Source: Escherichia coli
Lineage (GTDB): Bacteria; Pseudomonadota; Gammaproteobacteria; Enterobacterales; Enterobacteriaceae
Assembly (NCBI RefSeq): GCF_009931435.1
Contig: NZ_CP043414.1
Reading direction: 5' to 3' (one strand)
DNA length: 64,000 nt
Shown: positions 1-14,515 of the stretch, piece by piece
Numbering within the stretch: the first letter of the stretch is position 1
Layout: every line of letters starts with the position of its first letter
Program-made: the position numbers and the translations under genes
The notes under the pieces: generated by a model
The model's database searches: none
Told to the model about the DNA's origin: nothing
Seen by the model: the letters and a program-made list of their open reading frames with translations, nothing else

Positions 1-314
1 GTTTGTGCCAGGTGAGCTTCAATTTTGCTCATAATGGCGTCAGCGCGTTTTACCGCGTCGCTGATGTTGACGCGCACAATGGTCTTGCCAGCAAAACGCT
101 CTTCAAACTTGATGCCGATATCTTTGGTCAGAATCACCATATCGGCGCTCGCCACGTCTTCCGCAGTCAGTTCATTTTCCAGACCAATCGAGCCCTGAGT
201 TTCTACTTTCACTTCCCAACCTTTCGCTTTCGCAGCGCTTTCAAGCGCCTCTGCCGCCATATAAGTATGGGCAACACCAGATGGACATGCGGTTACTGCA
301 ATAATTTTCGTCAT
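1..314 (-). CDS. frwB: PTS fructose-like IIB component, 3' end cut by window edge
   Basis: Reverse-complement translation from ATG at 312-314 gives MTKIIAVTACPSGVAHTYMAAEALE..., matching FrwB as recalled; not in ORF track because the stop lies outside the window. Confidence 0.8.
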   Translation of the reverse strand, partial: MTKIIAVTACPSGVAHTYMAAEALESAAKAKGWEVKVETQGSIGLENELTAEDVASADMVILTKDIGIKFEERFAGKTIVRVNISDAVKRADAIMSKIEAHLAQ

Positions 315-328
315 GGCTCGTTCCTCAA

Positions 329-1408
329 TTAATTAATTTCAAAATCCAGATCCAGGTCGTCTTCCTTCTCATCAGTCGAAGGCCCATTTTTACGCGCCAG
401 ACTTTTCAGCACGTTCACACAAACTGCTGTCACTACTGCCCCGACAGCCACTGCTGCGATATAACCCAGCTTGCCTTCAACCACAGGCAGCACAATCAGA
501 CCACCCCAGCCTGCATAGCATTGCGCACCGACCAGCGCCGCAGTCACTGCACCACAAACTGAACCGACCATGATGGAAGGAATGACACGCAGCGGATCGG
601 CAGCGGCGAAAGGAATCGCCCCTTCAGTAACCCCAACACACCCCATCACCAACGCCGCTTTGCCGGTTTCGCGCTCTTCTGCGGAGAAATTTTTACGACC
701 AATCAGCGTCGCCAGCCCCATCCCCAGCGGCGGGATACAAATACCCACGGCAGCAATGGCCACCACGGTATATACACCCTGAGCAACGCAAATCAGCATG
801 AAGGCATAGGCCACTTTGTTAACCGGACCACCCATATCGAACGCCAGCATCAGACCCATGATCACCGCCAGCATGACAATGCTGCCCTGCTGCATCCCCT
901 GTAGCCACTGAGTCAGGCTGTTGGTCAACGCACCCACCGGCTCGCCCAGTCCCCACATCATGACACCAGCGGTAATCAGTGTGCCGACGATCGGAATGAT
1001 GAAGATTGGCATCACCGAGCGCAGAACTTTATGCACCGGAATTTTCTTCAGATAATGCACCACGATGCCGCCGATAATCCCTGCGATCAGCGCACCAAAG
1101 AAGCCCGCGCCAAAGCTGTTACCAACCCAGGCACCGATGGCGCACGGAGCCAGCGCAGAACGTTCTGCAATGGAATAACCGATGTACGCTGCGAGGAAAG
1201 GCACCATCAGCGTCAACCCCGCAACGCCGATATCAAACAGTTTTTTCAGATTCGGATCGGCTACGGCATCCGGCACTGCACCTTTGCCATACAACATGAC
1301 GGAAACCGCCAGCAAAATACCGCCCGATACCACGAAGGGAATCATGTGTGAAACGCCCGTCATTAAATGCTGACGGGTATTTTTCAGGATCTGCACCAAC
1401 TCATTCAT
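329..1408 (-). CDS. frwC: PTS fructose-like IIC permease
   Basis: 359-aa ORF, polytopic membrane protein, position and length match K-12 FrwC. Confidence 0.9.
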   Translation of the reverse strand: MNELVQILKNTRQHLMTGVSHMIPFVVSGGILLAVSVMLYGKGAVPDAVADPNLKKLFDIGVAGLTLMVPFLAAYIGYSIAERSALAPCAIGAWVGNSFGAGFFGALIAGIIGGIVVHYLKKIPVHKVLRSVMPIFIIPIVGTLITAGVMMWGLGEPVGALTNSLTQWLQGMQQGSIVMLAVIMGLMLAFDMGGPVNKVAYAFMLICVAQGVYTVVAIAAVGICIPPLGMGLATLIGRKNFSAEERETGKAALVMGCVGVTEGAIPFAAADPLRVIPSIMVGSVCGAVTAALVGAQCYAGWGGLIVLPVVEGKLGYIAAVAVGAVVTAVCVNVLKSLARKNGPSTDEKEDDLDLDFEIN

Positions 1409-1716
1409 AAGCTGCTCCCGGGCTTGTGAAAGCCCATGTCCATATTTTTGATGAAGGAAACAATAGGCAATCGCAGGCAGAGCAAACAGTGGATAAAAAG
1501 GCCATTTACTGGACTTTTGTAATATCAGTACAAAAATGCGATCCGCCTCATAACTTGCGATAACCCGGAAGCCTGCCGCAAAACGGCGTCTTGTGAGACG
1601 TGTCGCAAATTGACGGTTACATTACATTTGTCCAGCTTTTGGCAGTTTTGTCACATGGCAGGCCGTTGCCGTGCGCTCTTATCCTGTAAACAGAAAACCG
1701 TACCGGGAGAGAGGCA

Positions 1717-4218
1717 ATGGCCCTGATTGTGGAATTTATTTGTGAGCTACCTAACGGCGTACATGCCCGTCCGGCAAGCCACGTTGAAACGCTGTGTAAT
1801 ACTTTTTCATCACAAATTGAGTGGCATAACCTGCGCACTGACCGCAAGGGCAACGCCAAAAGCGCCCTTGCGCTGATTGGCACCGATACGCTGGTGGGCG
1901 ATAGCTGCCAGTTACTGATTTCCGGGGCCGATGAACAGGAAGCGCATCAGCGTTTAAGCCAATGGCTGCGCGATGAATTTCCCCACTGCGACGCGCCGCT
2001 GGCGGAAATAAAATCTGACGAACTGGAGCCGCTGCCGGTATCATTAACCAACCTGAATCCGCGTATTATCCGCGCCCGCACCGTATGCAGTGGTAGCGCA
2101 GGCGGCATTCTGACGCCAATCTCTTCTTTAGATCTCAACGCGCTGGGTAACCTCCCCGCAACCAACGGCGTTGACGCCGAGCAATCCGCGCTGGAAAACG
2201 GCCTGACGCTGGTACTGAAAAATATTGAGTTTCGTCTGCTGGATAGCGACGGTGCTACCAGCGCGATTCTGGAAGCTCACCGCTCCCTGGCTGGCGATAC
2301 TTCCCTGCGCGAACATTTACTGGCAGGCGTCAGCGCCGGATTAAGCTGCGCCGAAGCAATTGTCGCCAGTGCGAATCACTTTTGCGAAGAGTTCGCCCGT
2401 TCCAGCAGCAGCTACCTGCAAGAACGCGCGCTGGATGTGCGCGATGTCTGCTTCCAGTTACTCCAGCAAATCTACGGCGAGAAACGCTTTCCGGCACCGG
2501 GCAAGCTGACGCAGCCCGCCATTTGTATGGCGGATGAACTGACCCCTAGCCAGTTCCTCGAACTGGATAAAAATCACCTCAAAGGATTGTTGCTCAAAAG
2601 TGGCGGCACTACCTCACACACGGTGATCCTTGCCCGTTCGTTCAACATTCCGACGCTGGTTGGTGTGGATATTGATGCCCTTACTCCGTGGCAGCATCAA
2701 ACGATTTATATCGACGGCAACGCTGGGGCGATTGTGGTTGATCCTGGAGAAGCCGTAGCCCGTTATTATCAGCAAGAAGCCCGCGTACAGAACGCCCTTC
2801 GTGAGCAACAGCGTGTCTGGCTGACCCAACAAGCCCGTACCGCTGACGGTATCCGCATTGAAATTGCCGCTAACATCGCTCACTCCGTCGAAGCGCAGGC
2901 CGCATTCGGCAATGGTGCGGAAGGCGTTGGTTTGTTCCGCACTGAAATGCTCTATATGGATCGCACCAGTGCACCGGGCGAAAGCGAGCTGTACAACATT
3001 TTTTGTCAGGCGCTGGAGTCCGCCAACGGACGCAGCATTATTGTGCGCACTATGGATATTGGCGGTGACAAACCCGTTGATTATCTGAATATTCCCGCAG
3101 AGGCAAACCCGTTCCTCGGTTATCGCGCCGTACGTATTTATGAAGAGTACGCCTCGTTGTTTACCACGCAGCTACGATCGATCCTGCGCGCCTCCGCTCA
3201 TGGCAGCCTGAAAATCATGATCCCGATGATCTCTTCAATGGAAGAGATCTTATGGGTGAAAGAAAAACTGGCGGAAGCTAAACAGCAGCTGCGTAACGAA
3301 CACATTCCGTTTGATGAGAAGATCCAGCTCGGTATCATGCTTGAGGTGCCGTCAGTAATGTTCATCATCGATCAATGCTGTGAAGAGATTGATTTCTTTA
3401 GTATTGGTAGTAATGATCTGACGCAATATCTGCTGGCAGTGGATCGCGATAACGCTAAGGTAACTCGTCACTACAACAGCCTGAATCCGGCATTCTTACG
3501 AGCGCTTGATTACGCCGTGCAGGCAGTGCATCGCCAGGGCAAATGGATTGGTCTGTGCGGTGAACTGGGGGCGAAAGGTTCCGTGCTGCCGTTGCTGGTC
3601 GGTTTAGGGCTGGATGAGTTGAGCATGAGTGCACCGTCAATTCCGGCGGCGAAAGCGCGGATGGCGCAACTTGATAGCCGCGAATGCCGCCAGTTACTCA
3701 ACCAGGCAATGGCCTGCCGTACTTCGCTGGAAGTGGAACACCTGCTGGCACAATTCCGCATGACGCAACAGGACGCACCGTTGGTCACCGCCGAGTGCAT
3801 CACGCTGGAAAGCGACTGGCGCAGCAAAGAAGAAGTGCTCAAAGGCATGACCGATAACCTGCTGCTGGCGGGCCGCTGCCGCTATCCGCGTAAACTGGAA
3901 GCCGACTTGTGGGCGCGCGAGGCCGTTTTCTCTACCGGTCTGGGCTTTAGTTTTGCCATTCCACACAGCAAATCAGAACACATTGAGCAGTCCACCATCA
4001 GCGTGGCGCGTCTGCAAGCGCCAGTGCGCTGGGGCGATGATGAAGCACAATTCATCATTATGTTAACCCTTAACAAACACGCTGCCGGCGATCAGCATAT
4101 GCGCATTTTCTCGCGCCTCGCTCGCCGCATCATGCACGAAGAATTCCGTAACGCGCTGGTTAACGCCGCCTCTGCCGACGCTATCGCCAGCCTGCTGCAA
4201 CATGAACTGGAACTGTAA
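1717..4218 (+). CDS. ptsA: Multiphosphoryl transfer protein (HPr/EI/IIA fusion)
   Basis: 833-aa ORF with HPr-like N-terminus, PEP-utilising EI core and IIA-like C-terminus; synteny with frwC and fsaB. Confidence 0.9.
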   Translation: MALIVEFICELPNGVHARPASHVETLCNTFSSQIEWHNLRTDRKGNAKSALALIGTDTLVGDSCQLLISGADEQEAHQRLSQWLRDEFPHCDAPLAEIKSDELEPLPVSLTNLNPRIIRARTVCSGSAGGILTPISSLDLNALGNLPATNGVDAEQSALENGLTLVLKNIEFRLLDSDGATSAILEAHRSLAGDTSLREHLLAGVSAGLSCAEAIVASANHFCEEFARSSSSYLQERALDVRDVCFQLLQQIYGEKRFPAPGKLTQPAICMADELTPSQFLELDKNHLKGLLLKSGGTTSHTVILARSFNIPTLVGVDIDALTPWQHQTIYIDGNAGAIVVDPGEAVARYYQQEARVQNALREQQRVWLTQQARTADGIRIEIAANIAHSVEAQAAFGNGAEGVGLFRTEMLYMDRTSAPGESELYNIFCQALESANGRSIIVRTMDIGGDKPVDYLNIPAEANPFLGYRAVRIYEEYASLFTTQLRSILRASAHGSLKIMIPMISSMEEILWVKEKLAEAKQQLRNEHIPFDEKIQLGIMLEVPSVMFIIDQCCEEIDFFSIGSNDLTQYLLAVDRDNAKVTRHYNSLNPAFLRALDYAVQAVHRQGKWIGLCGELGAKGSVLPLLVGLGLDELSMSAPSIPAAKARMAQLDSRECRQLLNQAMACRTSLEVEHLLAQFRMTQQDAPLVTAECITLESDWRSKEEVLKGMTDNLLLAGRCRYPRKLEADLWAREAVFSTGLGFSFAIPHSKSEHIEQSTISVARLQAPVRWGDDEAQFIIMLTLNKHAAGDQHMRIFSRLARRIMHEEFRNALVNAASADAIASLLQHELEL

Positions 4219-4229
4219 AAGGAAACATC

Positions 4230-4892
4230 ATGGAACTGTATCTGGACACCGCTAACGTCGCAGAAGTCGAACGTCTGGCACGCATATTCCCGATTGCCGG
4301 GGTAACAACTAACCCGAGCATTATCGCGGCCAGCAAGGAGTCCATCTGGGAAGTACTGCCGCGTTTGCAAAAAGCGATTGGTGATGAGGGTATTTTGTTT
4401 GCTCAGACCATGAGTCGTGACGCGCAGGGGATGGTGGAAGAAGCGAAGCGCCTGCGCGACGCCATTCCGGGCATCGTGGTGAAAATCCCGGTGACTTCCG
4501 AAGGTCTGGCCGCCATTAAGATGCTGAAAAAAGAGGGTATTACTACACTTGGCACCGCTGTATATAGCGCCGCACAAGGGTTATTAGCCGCGCTGGCAGG
4601 GGCAAAATATGTTGCTCCGTATGTTAACCGCGTCGACGCCCAGGGCGGTGACGGCATTCGTACGGTTCAGGAGCTGCAAGCGCTGTTGGAAATGCACGCG
4701 CCAGAAAGCATGGTGCTGGCTGCCAGCTTTAAAACACCGCGTCAGGCGCTGGATTGTTTGCTGGCAGGATGTGAGTCCATCACCCTACCCTTAGATGTAG
4801 CGCAACAAATGCTCAACACTCCTGCGGTAGAGTCGGCTATAGAGAAGTTTGAGCACGACTGGAATGCCGCATTTGGCACTACTCATCTCTAA
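4230..4892 (+). CDS. fsaB: Fructose-6-phosphate aldolase 2
   Basis: 220-aa [16 protein letters not shown]..., transaldolase-like; matches FsaB (TalC). Confidence 0.92.
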   Translation: MELYLDTANVAEVERLARIFPIAGVTTNPSIIAASKESIWEVLPRLQKAIGDEGILFAQTMSRDAQGMVEEAKRLRDAIPGIVVKIPVTSEGLAAIKMLKKEGITTLGTAVYSAAQGLLAALAGAKYVAPYVNRVDAQGGDGIRTVQELQALLEMHAPESMVLAASFKTPRQALDCLLAGCESITLPLDVAQQMLNTPAVESAIEKFEHDWNAAFGTTHL

Positions 4893-4902
4893 AGGAGCAA
4901 TT

Positions 4903-6006
4903 ATGGACCGCATTATTCAATCACCGGGTAAATACATCCAGGGCGCAGATGTCATTAATCGTCTGGGCGAGTACCTGAAGCCGCTGGCAGAACGCTGGTT
5001 AGTGGTGGGTGACAAATTTGTTTTAGGTTTTGCTCAATCCACTGTCGAGAAAAGCTTTAAAGATGCTGGACTGGTAGTAGAAATTGCGCCGTTTGGCGGT
5101 GAATGTTCGCAAAATGAGATCGACCGTCTGCGTGGCATCGCGGAGACTGCGCAGTGTGGCGCAATTCTCGGTATCGGTGGCGGAAAAACCCTCGATACTG
5201 CCAAAGCACTGGCACATTTCATGGGTGTTCCGGTAGCGATCGCACCGACTATTGCCTCTACCGACGCGCCGTGCAGCGCGCTGTCTGTTATCTACACCGA
5301 TGATGGTGAGTTTGACCGCTATTTGCTGTTGCCAAATAACCCGAATATGGTCATTGTCGACACCAAAATCGTCGCGGGCGCACCTGCACGTCTGTTAGCG
5401 GCGGGTATCGGCGATGCGCTGGCGACCTGGTTTGAAGCGCGTGCTTGCTCTCGTAGCGGTGCGACCACAATGGCGGGCGGTGAGTGTACTCAGGCAGCGC
5501 TGGCGCTGGCTGAACTGTGCTACAACACGCTGCTGGAAGAAGGCGAAAAAGCGATGCTTGCCGCCGAACAGCATGTAGTAACTCCAGCACTGGAACGCGT
5601 GATTGAAGCGAACACCTATTTGAGCGGCGTTGGCTTTGAAAGCGGTGGGCTGGCGGCGGCGCACGCGGTGCATAACGGCCTGACTGCAATCCCTGATGCC
5701 CATCACTATTATCACGGTGAAAAAGTGGCATTCGGTACGCTGACCCAGCTGGTTCTGGAAAATGCGCCGGTGGAAGAAATCGAAACCGTAGCTGCACTTA
5801 GCCATGCGGTAGGTTTGCCAATAACGCTCGCTCAACTGGATATTAAAGAAGATGTCCCGGCGAAAATGCGAATTGTGGCAGAAGCGGCATGTGCAGAAGG
5901 TGAAACCATCCACAACATGCCTGGCGGCGCGACGCCAGATCAGGTTTACGCCGCACTGCTGGTAGCTGACCAATACGGGCAGCGTTTCCTGCAAGAGTGG
6001 GAATAA
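4903..6006 (+). CDS. gldA: Glycerol dehydrogenase
   Basis: Internal start [17 protein letters not shown]... at 4903 preceded by AAGGAG; 367 aa; iron-type alcohol dehydrogenase fold. Confidence 0.92.
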   Translation: MDRIIQSPGKYIQGADVINRLGEYLKPLAERWLVVGDKFVLGFAQSTVEKSFKDAGLVVEIAPFGGECSQNEIDRLRGIAETAQCGAILGIGGGKTLDTAKALAHFMGVPVAIAPTIASTDAPCSALSVIYTDDGEFDRYLLLPNNPNMVIVDTKIVAGAPARLLAAGIGDALATWFEARACSRSGATTMAGGECTQAALALAELCYNTLLEEGEKAMLAAEQHVVTPALERVIEANTYLSGVGFESGGLAAAHAVHNGLTAIPDAHHYYHGEKVAFGTLTQLVLENAPVEEIETVAALSHAVGLPITLAQLDIKEDVPAKMRIVAEAACAEGETIHNMPGGATPDQVYAALLVADQYGQRFLQEWE

Positions 6007-6014
6007 CCTATGCC

Positions 6015-6039
6015 AAACTCCCGGCTTGTCCGGGAGTTT
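6015..6039 (+). terminator. Hairpin downstream of gldA (AAACTCCCGG-CTTGT-CCGGGAGTTT)
   Basis: Perfect stem seen directly 3' of the gldA stop; weak U-tract. Confidence 0.45.
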
Positions 6040-6052
6040 GAACGCAAAACTG

Positions 6053-6150
6053 CCTGATGCGCTACGCTTATCAGGCCTACGCAATCTCTGCAATATATTG
6101 AATTTTCGTGCTTTTGTAGGCCAGATAAGGCGTTCACGCCGCATCCGGCA
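6053..6150. repeat. REP/BIME palindromic units
   Basis: GCCTGATGCGCTACGCTTATCAGGCCTAC and GTAGGCCAGATAAGGCGTTCACGCCGCATCCGGCA match the E. coli REP consensus. Confidence 0.75.
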
Positions 6151-6279
6151 CTCTGTGCCAGTAATCTGAAACTCCCACGTTGTTCGGGAGTTTTTTATCC
6201 GCTTCTGGACATTTTCTCCACAGAACAATCGTTAGCCCTGAAGGTCGAATCTGTGAATATTTTTTCACGGACGAAACAG

Positions 6280-6897
6280 ATGAAAGCTTCACTGGCGTTG
6301 TTCAGTCTTCTGACGGTATTTACCAGTTACTCCTTAAAATCTCCCGCTGTTCCACCAACCGTGGTACAAATCCAGGCCAACACCAATCTTGCCATCGCAG
6401 ACGGTGCCAGACAGCAAATTGGCAGCACGCTATTTTACGATCCGGCGTATGTGCAGCTTACTTATCCTGGCGGTGATGTCCCACAAGAACGCGGTGTATG
6501 TTCCGATGTGGTGATCCGTGCTCTGCGCAGCCAGAAGGTCGATTTGCAGAAACTGGTTCACGAAGATATGGCGAAGAATTTTGCCGATTATCCGCAAAAG
6601 TGGCAGTTAAAGCGCCCGGACAGCAACATCGATCACCGTCGGGTGCCTAATCTGGAAACCTGGTTTACCCGCCACGATAAAACGCGCCCCACCAGCAAAA
6701 ACGCCAGTGACTACCAAGCGGGCGATATTGTCTCCTGGCGATTAGATAATGGGCTGGCACATATTGGGGTGGTTTCAGATGGCTTCGCCCGCGACGGTAC
6801 GCCGCTGGTGATACATAACATTGGCGCAGGCGCGCAGGAAGAAGACGTGCTGTTTAGTTGGCAGATGGTGGGGCACTATCGGTATTTTGCTAAATGA
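6280..6897 (+). CDS. yijF: DUF1287-family secreted protein
   Basis: ORF-track 214 aa; start placed at internal MKASLALFSLL signal peptide, giving K-12 length 205 aa. Confidence 0.8.
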   Translation: MKASLALFSLLTVFTSYSLKSPAVPPTVVQIQANTNLAIADGARQQIGSTLFYDPAYVQLTYPGGDVPQERGVCSDVVIRALRSQKVDLQKLVHEDMAKNFADYPQKWQLKRPDSNIDHRRVPNLETWFTRHDKTRPTSKNASDYQAGDIVSWRLDNGLAHIGVVSDGFARDGTPLVIHNIGAGAQEEDVLFSWQMVGHYRYFAK

Positions 6898-6921
6898 GCG
6901 CTCGCCCCACCTGTAAAAAAT

Positions 6922-7827
6922 TCAGATCCTTTTTACGCTGACGGCTTCTTTTTTCTTACGGCTCACCAGCGCCAGTGCCAGCACAATCAGCACAATACCG
7001 CTGCCTTCAACCGCGCCGGGATTTTCACCGAGCAGCCACCAGGAAAAGAGTACGCCGCAAACAGGAACTGCTAACGTGCTTAGGCTGGCGATACTGGCGG
7101 GTAAGTTTTTCAATACAAACAGCCATAAACTCCAGGCCAGCGCTGTCGCCAGAATCGCACTGTAGGCCAGCGCCCAGAACACGGTGGGCTGCCAGTCAAT
7201 TTCACGTTGCGGCACCAGCCAAGCGACTACGCTCATCACCAGCGCCGCATACAGCATCTGCCAGGATGTTAGCGACAATAAATCCACGCGCGGATGGCGG
7301 GCATACAGACGTTTAGCAACAATCGCGCTCGCCCCCCAACTCACACCGGAGAGGATTGCCAGCATGGCACTTTTCATCGAAGATAAATCGAGTTGCCACG
7401 GCTGCAACACCAAAAATAAGCCGAAAGCGGCAATGAGAATCGCGAAATATTGCCCGCGTCGCAGGCGTTCACCGAGAAACAACGCGGCGAAAATCACCAC
7501 CCAGAATGGCATGGTATAGCTCAGGATTGCCACCTTCCCTGCTCCGCCGCTCACCAGCGCCCACTGCGCCAGGCCAACCATCCCGCAGGTTTGTAACAGG
7601 GCAATGGCTAAGGTGTATTTAAAGGGCGTCGGGCGCATGCCGCGACCGCGTAATAAAAGGACGATGAATAAAACGAGAGCGCCGAAAATGCAGCGTAAAG
7701 CGGTAAAGTCGAAGGCACCGATGTAGCTGGTGACTTGCTTCATGAAAATCCAGCTATAACTCCAGATAAGTGTGAGCACAACCAGGCCACTGATTGCCAG
7801 TGGGTTGCTCTTTCCTGCGGCAGACAT
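6922..7827 (-). CDS. yijE: EamA/DMT-family inner-membrane transporter
   Basis: ORF-track 312 aa; start placed at [10 protein letters not shown] (301 aa); ten predicted TM helices. Confidence 0.8.
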   Translation of the reverse strand: MSAAGKSNPLAISGLVVLTLIWSYSWIFMKQVTSYIGAFDFTALRCIFGALVLFIVLLLRGRGMRPTPFKYTLAIALLQTCGMVGLAQWALVSGGAGKVAILSYTMPFWVVIFAALFLGERLRRGQYFAILIAAFGLFLVLQPWQLDLSSMKSAMLAILSGVSWGASAIVAKRLYARHPRVDLLSLTSWQMLYAALVMSVVAWLVPQREIDWQPTVFWALAYSAILATALAWSLWLFVLKNLPASIASLSTLAVPVCGVLFSWWLLGENPGAVEGSGIVLIVLALALVSRKKKEAVSVKRI

Positions 7828-7920
7828 GAGAGATCCAGTGTGTAGTTTTCCTGTGGACACTATACGCCGGTAAAGAAACTTCAGCGACTGCCTGAAAGAC
7901 AGTCGCTGAAGAAGGTCAGA

Positions 7921-10155
<2,235 letters not shown>

Positions 10156-10428
10156 TTATAATTGAATTAATCCACGGATGCGATAGTTGAGATCTTACAT
10201 ATTGTTGGTTAAAGAGATGTAGATCAAATTGATCGTAATTAAGACTTTTTGATTATGTCCGATTTCGGACAAATGCTTTATAAAAAAGGTTTTAGCTTCG
10301 TATTCTTCAAGAAATGAGGGAGAAAACAAGGCTGACTACCTTATTTTCTCACTCGCATTTCGAGGCAGCATTTTGTGCTCTGTTTAAAATTTGTGATCAC
10401 AGTGTGATTTTCACAAAAGGCACACTAT

Positions 10429-11322
<894 letters not shown>

Positions 11323-11361
11323 TTACCTCATCAATCGCTTGTAGTTATATGTTGTGTTGTG

Positions 11362-11392
11362 CACATCTATCCGTTTAGACGTCCAGATGTAA
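11362..11392 (-). promoter_or_regulatory. MetJ operator (tandem met boxes) in metF promoter
   Basis: Minus-strand reading ACATCTGGACGTCTAAACGGATAGATGT, tandem 8-bp repeats near consensus AGACGTCT, 45-75 bp upstream of metF start. Confidence 0.6.
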
Positions 11393-11701
11393 AGATGAAG
11401 GAAAAGCTGAAGGGCGTCAACCGAAAAATGACCAATGATGGTGAGGAAAAATCAGGGAAGATGAAAAAAACTCATCTTAATTAGAGGTAATAAAGAGATT
11501 TCTTTATAGCGCAATCAACCTCACTCGTTTTGACTGATATACAGGCAACACAACGGCACCTGTTCTCATTCGAAAAACAACGCCCTGCCACCGGATGGTG
11601 ATGCTAAAGCATCTGATTCGGCCTGCGCTCTCGTGTAGGCCGAATACAGAATCTGCGAAATCAACGGGTAACAAACAGTAGAGTCAACTCAGTGCGTACT
11701 T

Positions 11702-13261
11702 TTACTTAATATCTTTCACGCGCATACCGTTGATCTGTTCATCCGTGATGGTATTACCCGCTTTAAAGTAATCAACCACCGCGTGATAAACGTAATAACC
11801 GCCCGTCGTATTGCGCGCTTTACCCTCGGTAAACGCGGTAAAACCATCTCCACCATCAGCAAGGAAACTCTGAGTGGCAATGTGGTAAACCGTCGCATCT
11901 TCAATCGGTTTGCCATTCAGAGTCAGCGAGATAACCCGCTGACCAACCGGCTTGCTGCTGTCGTACTTCATTTCCAGGCCTTTCGATACCTGTAAAACGC
12001 CATTACTCAAACTTGCGCCGTGTTCCATCAAACCGCGTAATTGTTTACCCGTGAGTTCCATCGTCACCAGTTCGTTGGGGAACGGGAAGGTACTGATGAC
12101 GCCACCCATCGTAATTGCACCCGCCGGGATCTCATTGCGAATCCCACCAGAGTTGGTTAACGCCAACTGGGTATTTTTACCCGCCGCTACCAGTAAAGCG
12201 TCCGCCGCCAGGTTCCCCAGGGATGCCGATTCACCATAGGCACGTTTTAATTCAACTGGCGATTGCGCCACCGTTTGCTGCACGACTTCATCCAGCTTTT
12301 TATTCCAACTATCAATCACCTGTTTTGTTTGCGCATCGGGCTTCCACTCGTCGGCGTAAAGGGTTTTAAGCTCGAAGTTTTTCACCGTAAAAGTGTGCGG
12401 TTTCTCTTTGAAGTCGAGAACCAGTTTACCCACATCAATCCCTCCGCTGTCAGTGGAAAGGATGAGCGTATTGCCGACTTTAATCGGTTCCGGCGTACCC
12501 ACATGTGCATGTCCGGTGATCAAAATATCCAGCCCTTTCACCTGACTTGCCGTCTGTATATCTTTATCCAGCGCGCGACGCACATCTGTGCCTCCCATAC
12601 TGGACTGGCGGGCCGGAACACCTTCGTGAATCAGGGCGACGGTCAAATCAACCTTGCCTTTGAGTTCATCGATATAACGTTGTAACCACTTAATTTCATC
12701 ACGCGCTTCAATACCCACTCGCGTGGCAGCGGATACCGTGTCATTAAAGGCAAATACTCCGTGCAAACCAATCACACCAATTTTCACGCCGTCTTTTTCA
12801 ATAATGGTATATGGCTTATCCCAGAATGATTTACTGCTGTTCTGATAAAAAATATTACCCTGCACAATCGGGAATTTTGCCTGACTCAACTGTAATAGGG
12901 TGTTGTCCCAGCCGTGATCAAATTCATGATTCCCTATAGTGACCGCATCGAACGGCATGGTATTCATAATATCGATAATCGCCTTGCCTTTAGTCAGGCT
13001 GCTGATATACGGCCCGGTAAAATAGTCACCCGCATCAAAAAACCAGGTCGCTTTGTTTTTAGCTTTTTCTTGTTTAACAAGCGTAGTGATATTTGCCCAG
13101 CCGCCAATATCCCGTTTACCGTCAGCAATCCACGGCACTTTATAAGGCTCTACATGTGCATGGAGGTCGTTGGTATAAATAATGGTGACATCTTTGGCGC
13201 AGGCCCAAAACGGCAGTGTTAATGCGATACCCGCAGCAAGCATTTTAATTTTCATAAACAA
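11702..13261 (-). CDS. Secreted bifunctional metallophosphatase/5'-nucleotidase family protein (paralog A)
   Basis: 519 aa; N-terminal signal peptide; calcineurin-like motifs DLHAHV, GDYFTG, GNHEFD, HEG, GHAHVG; C-terminal 5'-nucleotidase-like domain (UshA/CpdB architecture). Confidence 0.8.
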   Translation of the reverse strand: MFMKIKMLAAGIALTLPFWACAKDVTIIYTNDLHAHVEPYKVPWIADGKRDIGGWANITTLVKQEKAKNKATWFFDAGDYFTGPYISSLTKGKAIIDIMNTMPFDAVTIGNHEFDHGWDNTLLQLSQAKFPIVQGNIFYQNSSKSFWDKPYTIIEKDGVKIGVIGLHGVFAFNDTVSAATRVGIEARDEIKWLQRYIDELKGKVDLTVALIHEGVPARQSSMGGTDVRRALDKDIQTASQVKGLDILITGHAHVGTPEPIKVGNTLILSTDSGGIDVGKLVLDFKEKPHTFTVKNFELKTLYADEWKPDAQTKQVIDSWNKKLDEVVQQTVAQSPVELKRAYGESASLGNLAADALLVAAGKNTQLALTNSGGIRNEIPAGAITMGGVISTFPFPNELVTMELTGKQLRGLMEHGASLSNGVLQVSKGLEMKYDSSKPVGQRVISLTLNGKPIEDATVYHIATQSFLADGGDGFTAFTEGKARNTTGGYYVYHAVVDYFKAGNTITDEQINGMRVKDIK

Positions 13262-13313
13262 TCCCTTCCAGTGAGATAAAGGATTGCTACATTACGTTCT
13301 GAAAGGCTTTTTT

Positions 13314-13331
13314 ATGTGAGAATACTCACAT
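13314..13331. promoter_or_regulatory. Perfect palindrome ATGTGAG-AATA-CTCACAT in divergent intergenic region
   Basis: 18-bp dyad seen between the divergently transcribed nucleotidase A and Cys-rich protein genes; candidate operator. Confidence 0.3.
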
Positions 13332-13387
13332 CCAGAGGCGATAACTGTAGGACAAAATCAACGACCTTATGAAATCGTTGGTGATAT

Positions 13388-14515
13388 ATGTCAAATCTGT
13401 TTGCGATTAATGTCTGTAAAACGTTCGGTTGTCGAAATTTGGGATTGGCCTCATCGGAAGATTACAGTTGGCCAGACTATAAACTGGGTTTTCCGGCACT
13501 GCACTGCCAGGCATGCGGAAGTTACCCCCCTTTGTTTGATGAACAACAATTTCGTGACTGGTTGTCAGTTCACATGACTGCGTGTGCCATAGAAACAGGG
13601 CATTTTTGTCCATCATGCTATTGTAAAGAAAAGATTTTTTATGGCCACAACCCGCAGGGAACACAACGCGTTCAATGCCGTTCATGCAAAAAAGTCTGGA
13701 CTCCGAAACAGCAGCCAGCAAGAGAAATTACGTATCCCCAGTCCATTGAAACCGTTCAACTGTTCATGCCCTTTCAAGGAGCCAGCGCAGTACAAAAGCT
13801 CTATGTTTTAGTCAGTCTTGACGCCACTCGTGGCAACATCCTTCATCTCTCCACGAATTATACGCAACATCAGACAGGAGACAGTCTGCGGTACAGTTAC
13901 AGAGGCAATACAGAACCAACTGAGCACCATAGCGATATTGTGCAGAGGGTAGATATGCGTGAAGCGCAATTCTTGCGCCGGAGCCAGTTCGATGAAATTC
14001 AGTATGGCAGTGCTGTGCTCAAGCGCAACGGCAAGGGAGCCATACTACGCCCGGTTATCACGGCACACGGGCATTTCAGAATACTGAAAATCCGCTTTCC
14101 ACATGTCAAAACGCATATCATTTCACACGAATGTTTTCTGAGAGGCGCAATTATTACAGCCTGGGCAGATCAGTTCCGCCAACAACAAGGCGAACTTTGG
14201 TTCGTAGAAGAAGAAATCAGCGACCGTAACGCTGATATTCCCTGGCATTTTCAGGGAACGACATACCATGGTTGGTGGCAAAATCAGTGGCAACGCTGGG
14301 GGCAGGGGAATAACAGCAAGATGGTCTGCCTGCTCACAGGAGTCTCCTTAGAAAGGGGCGCAAATGTTTCTCTGGCAACCAGTCGTTGCTTTATCACATG
14401 GCTGACAGACCAACACGACTTTACCCAAAGCGCGTTATTATCCGCAGGTCGCGTAACGAAAATGCTGACCTCACTGGCGTTAAAATACAATGAATCGCTC
14501 ACTCCATCTTGTTAG
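13388..14515 (+). CDS. Cys-rich (putative zinc-ribbon) protein of unknown function
   Basis: 375-aa ORF; N-terminal clusters C-x2-C...C-x2-C (CQACGS, CPSCYC, CRSCKK) resembling zinc-ribbon modules; no confident family assignment. Confidence 0.55.
   Translation: MSNLFAINVCKTFGCRNLGLASSEDYSWPDYKLGFPALHCQACGSYPPLFDEQQFRDWLSVHMTACAIETGHFCPSCYCKEKIFYGHNPQGTQRVQCRSCKKVWTPKQQPAREITYPQSIETVQLFMPFQGASAVQKLYVLVSLDATRGNILHLSTNYTQHQTGDSLRYSYRGNTEPTEHHSDIVQRVDMREAQFLRRSQFDEIQYGSAVLKRNGKGAILRPVITAHGHFRILKIRFPHVKTHIISHECFLRGAIITAWADQFRQQQGELWFVEEEISDRNADIPWHFQGTTYHGWWQNQWQRWGQGNNSKMVCLLTGVSLERGANVSLATSRCFITWLTDQHDFTQSALLSAGRVTKMLTSLALKYNESLTPSC

Noticed and set aside
3-332. 109-aa plus-strand ORF at the window start
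   Set aside because: It is antisense to frwB, whose minus-strand translation matches the known protein.
5395-6228. 277-aa minus-strand ORF overlapping gldA
   Set aside because: It is antisense to the well-supported gldA and extends through the REP cluster; no ribosome-binding context.
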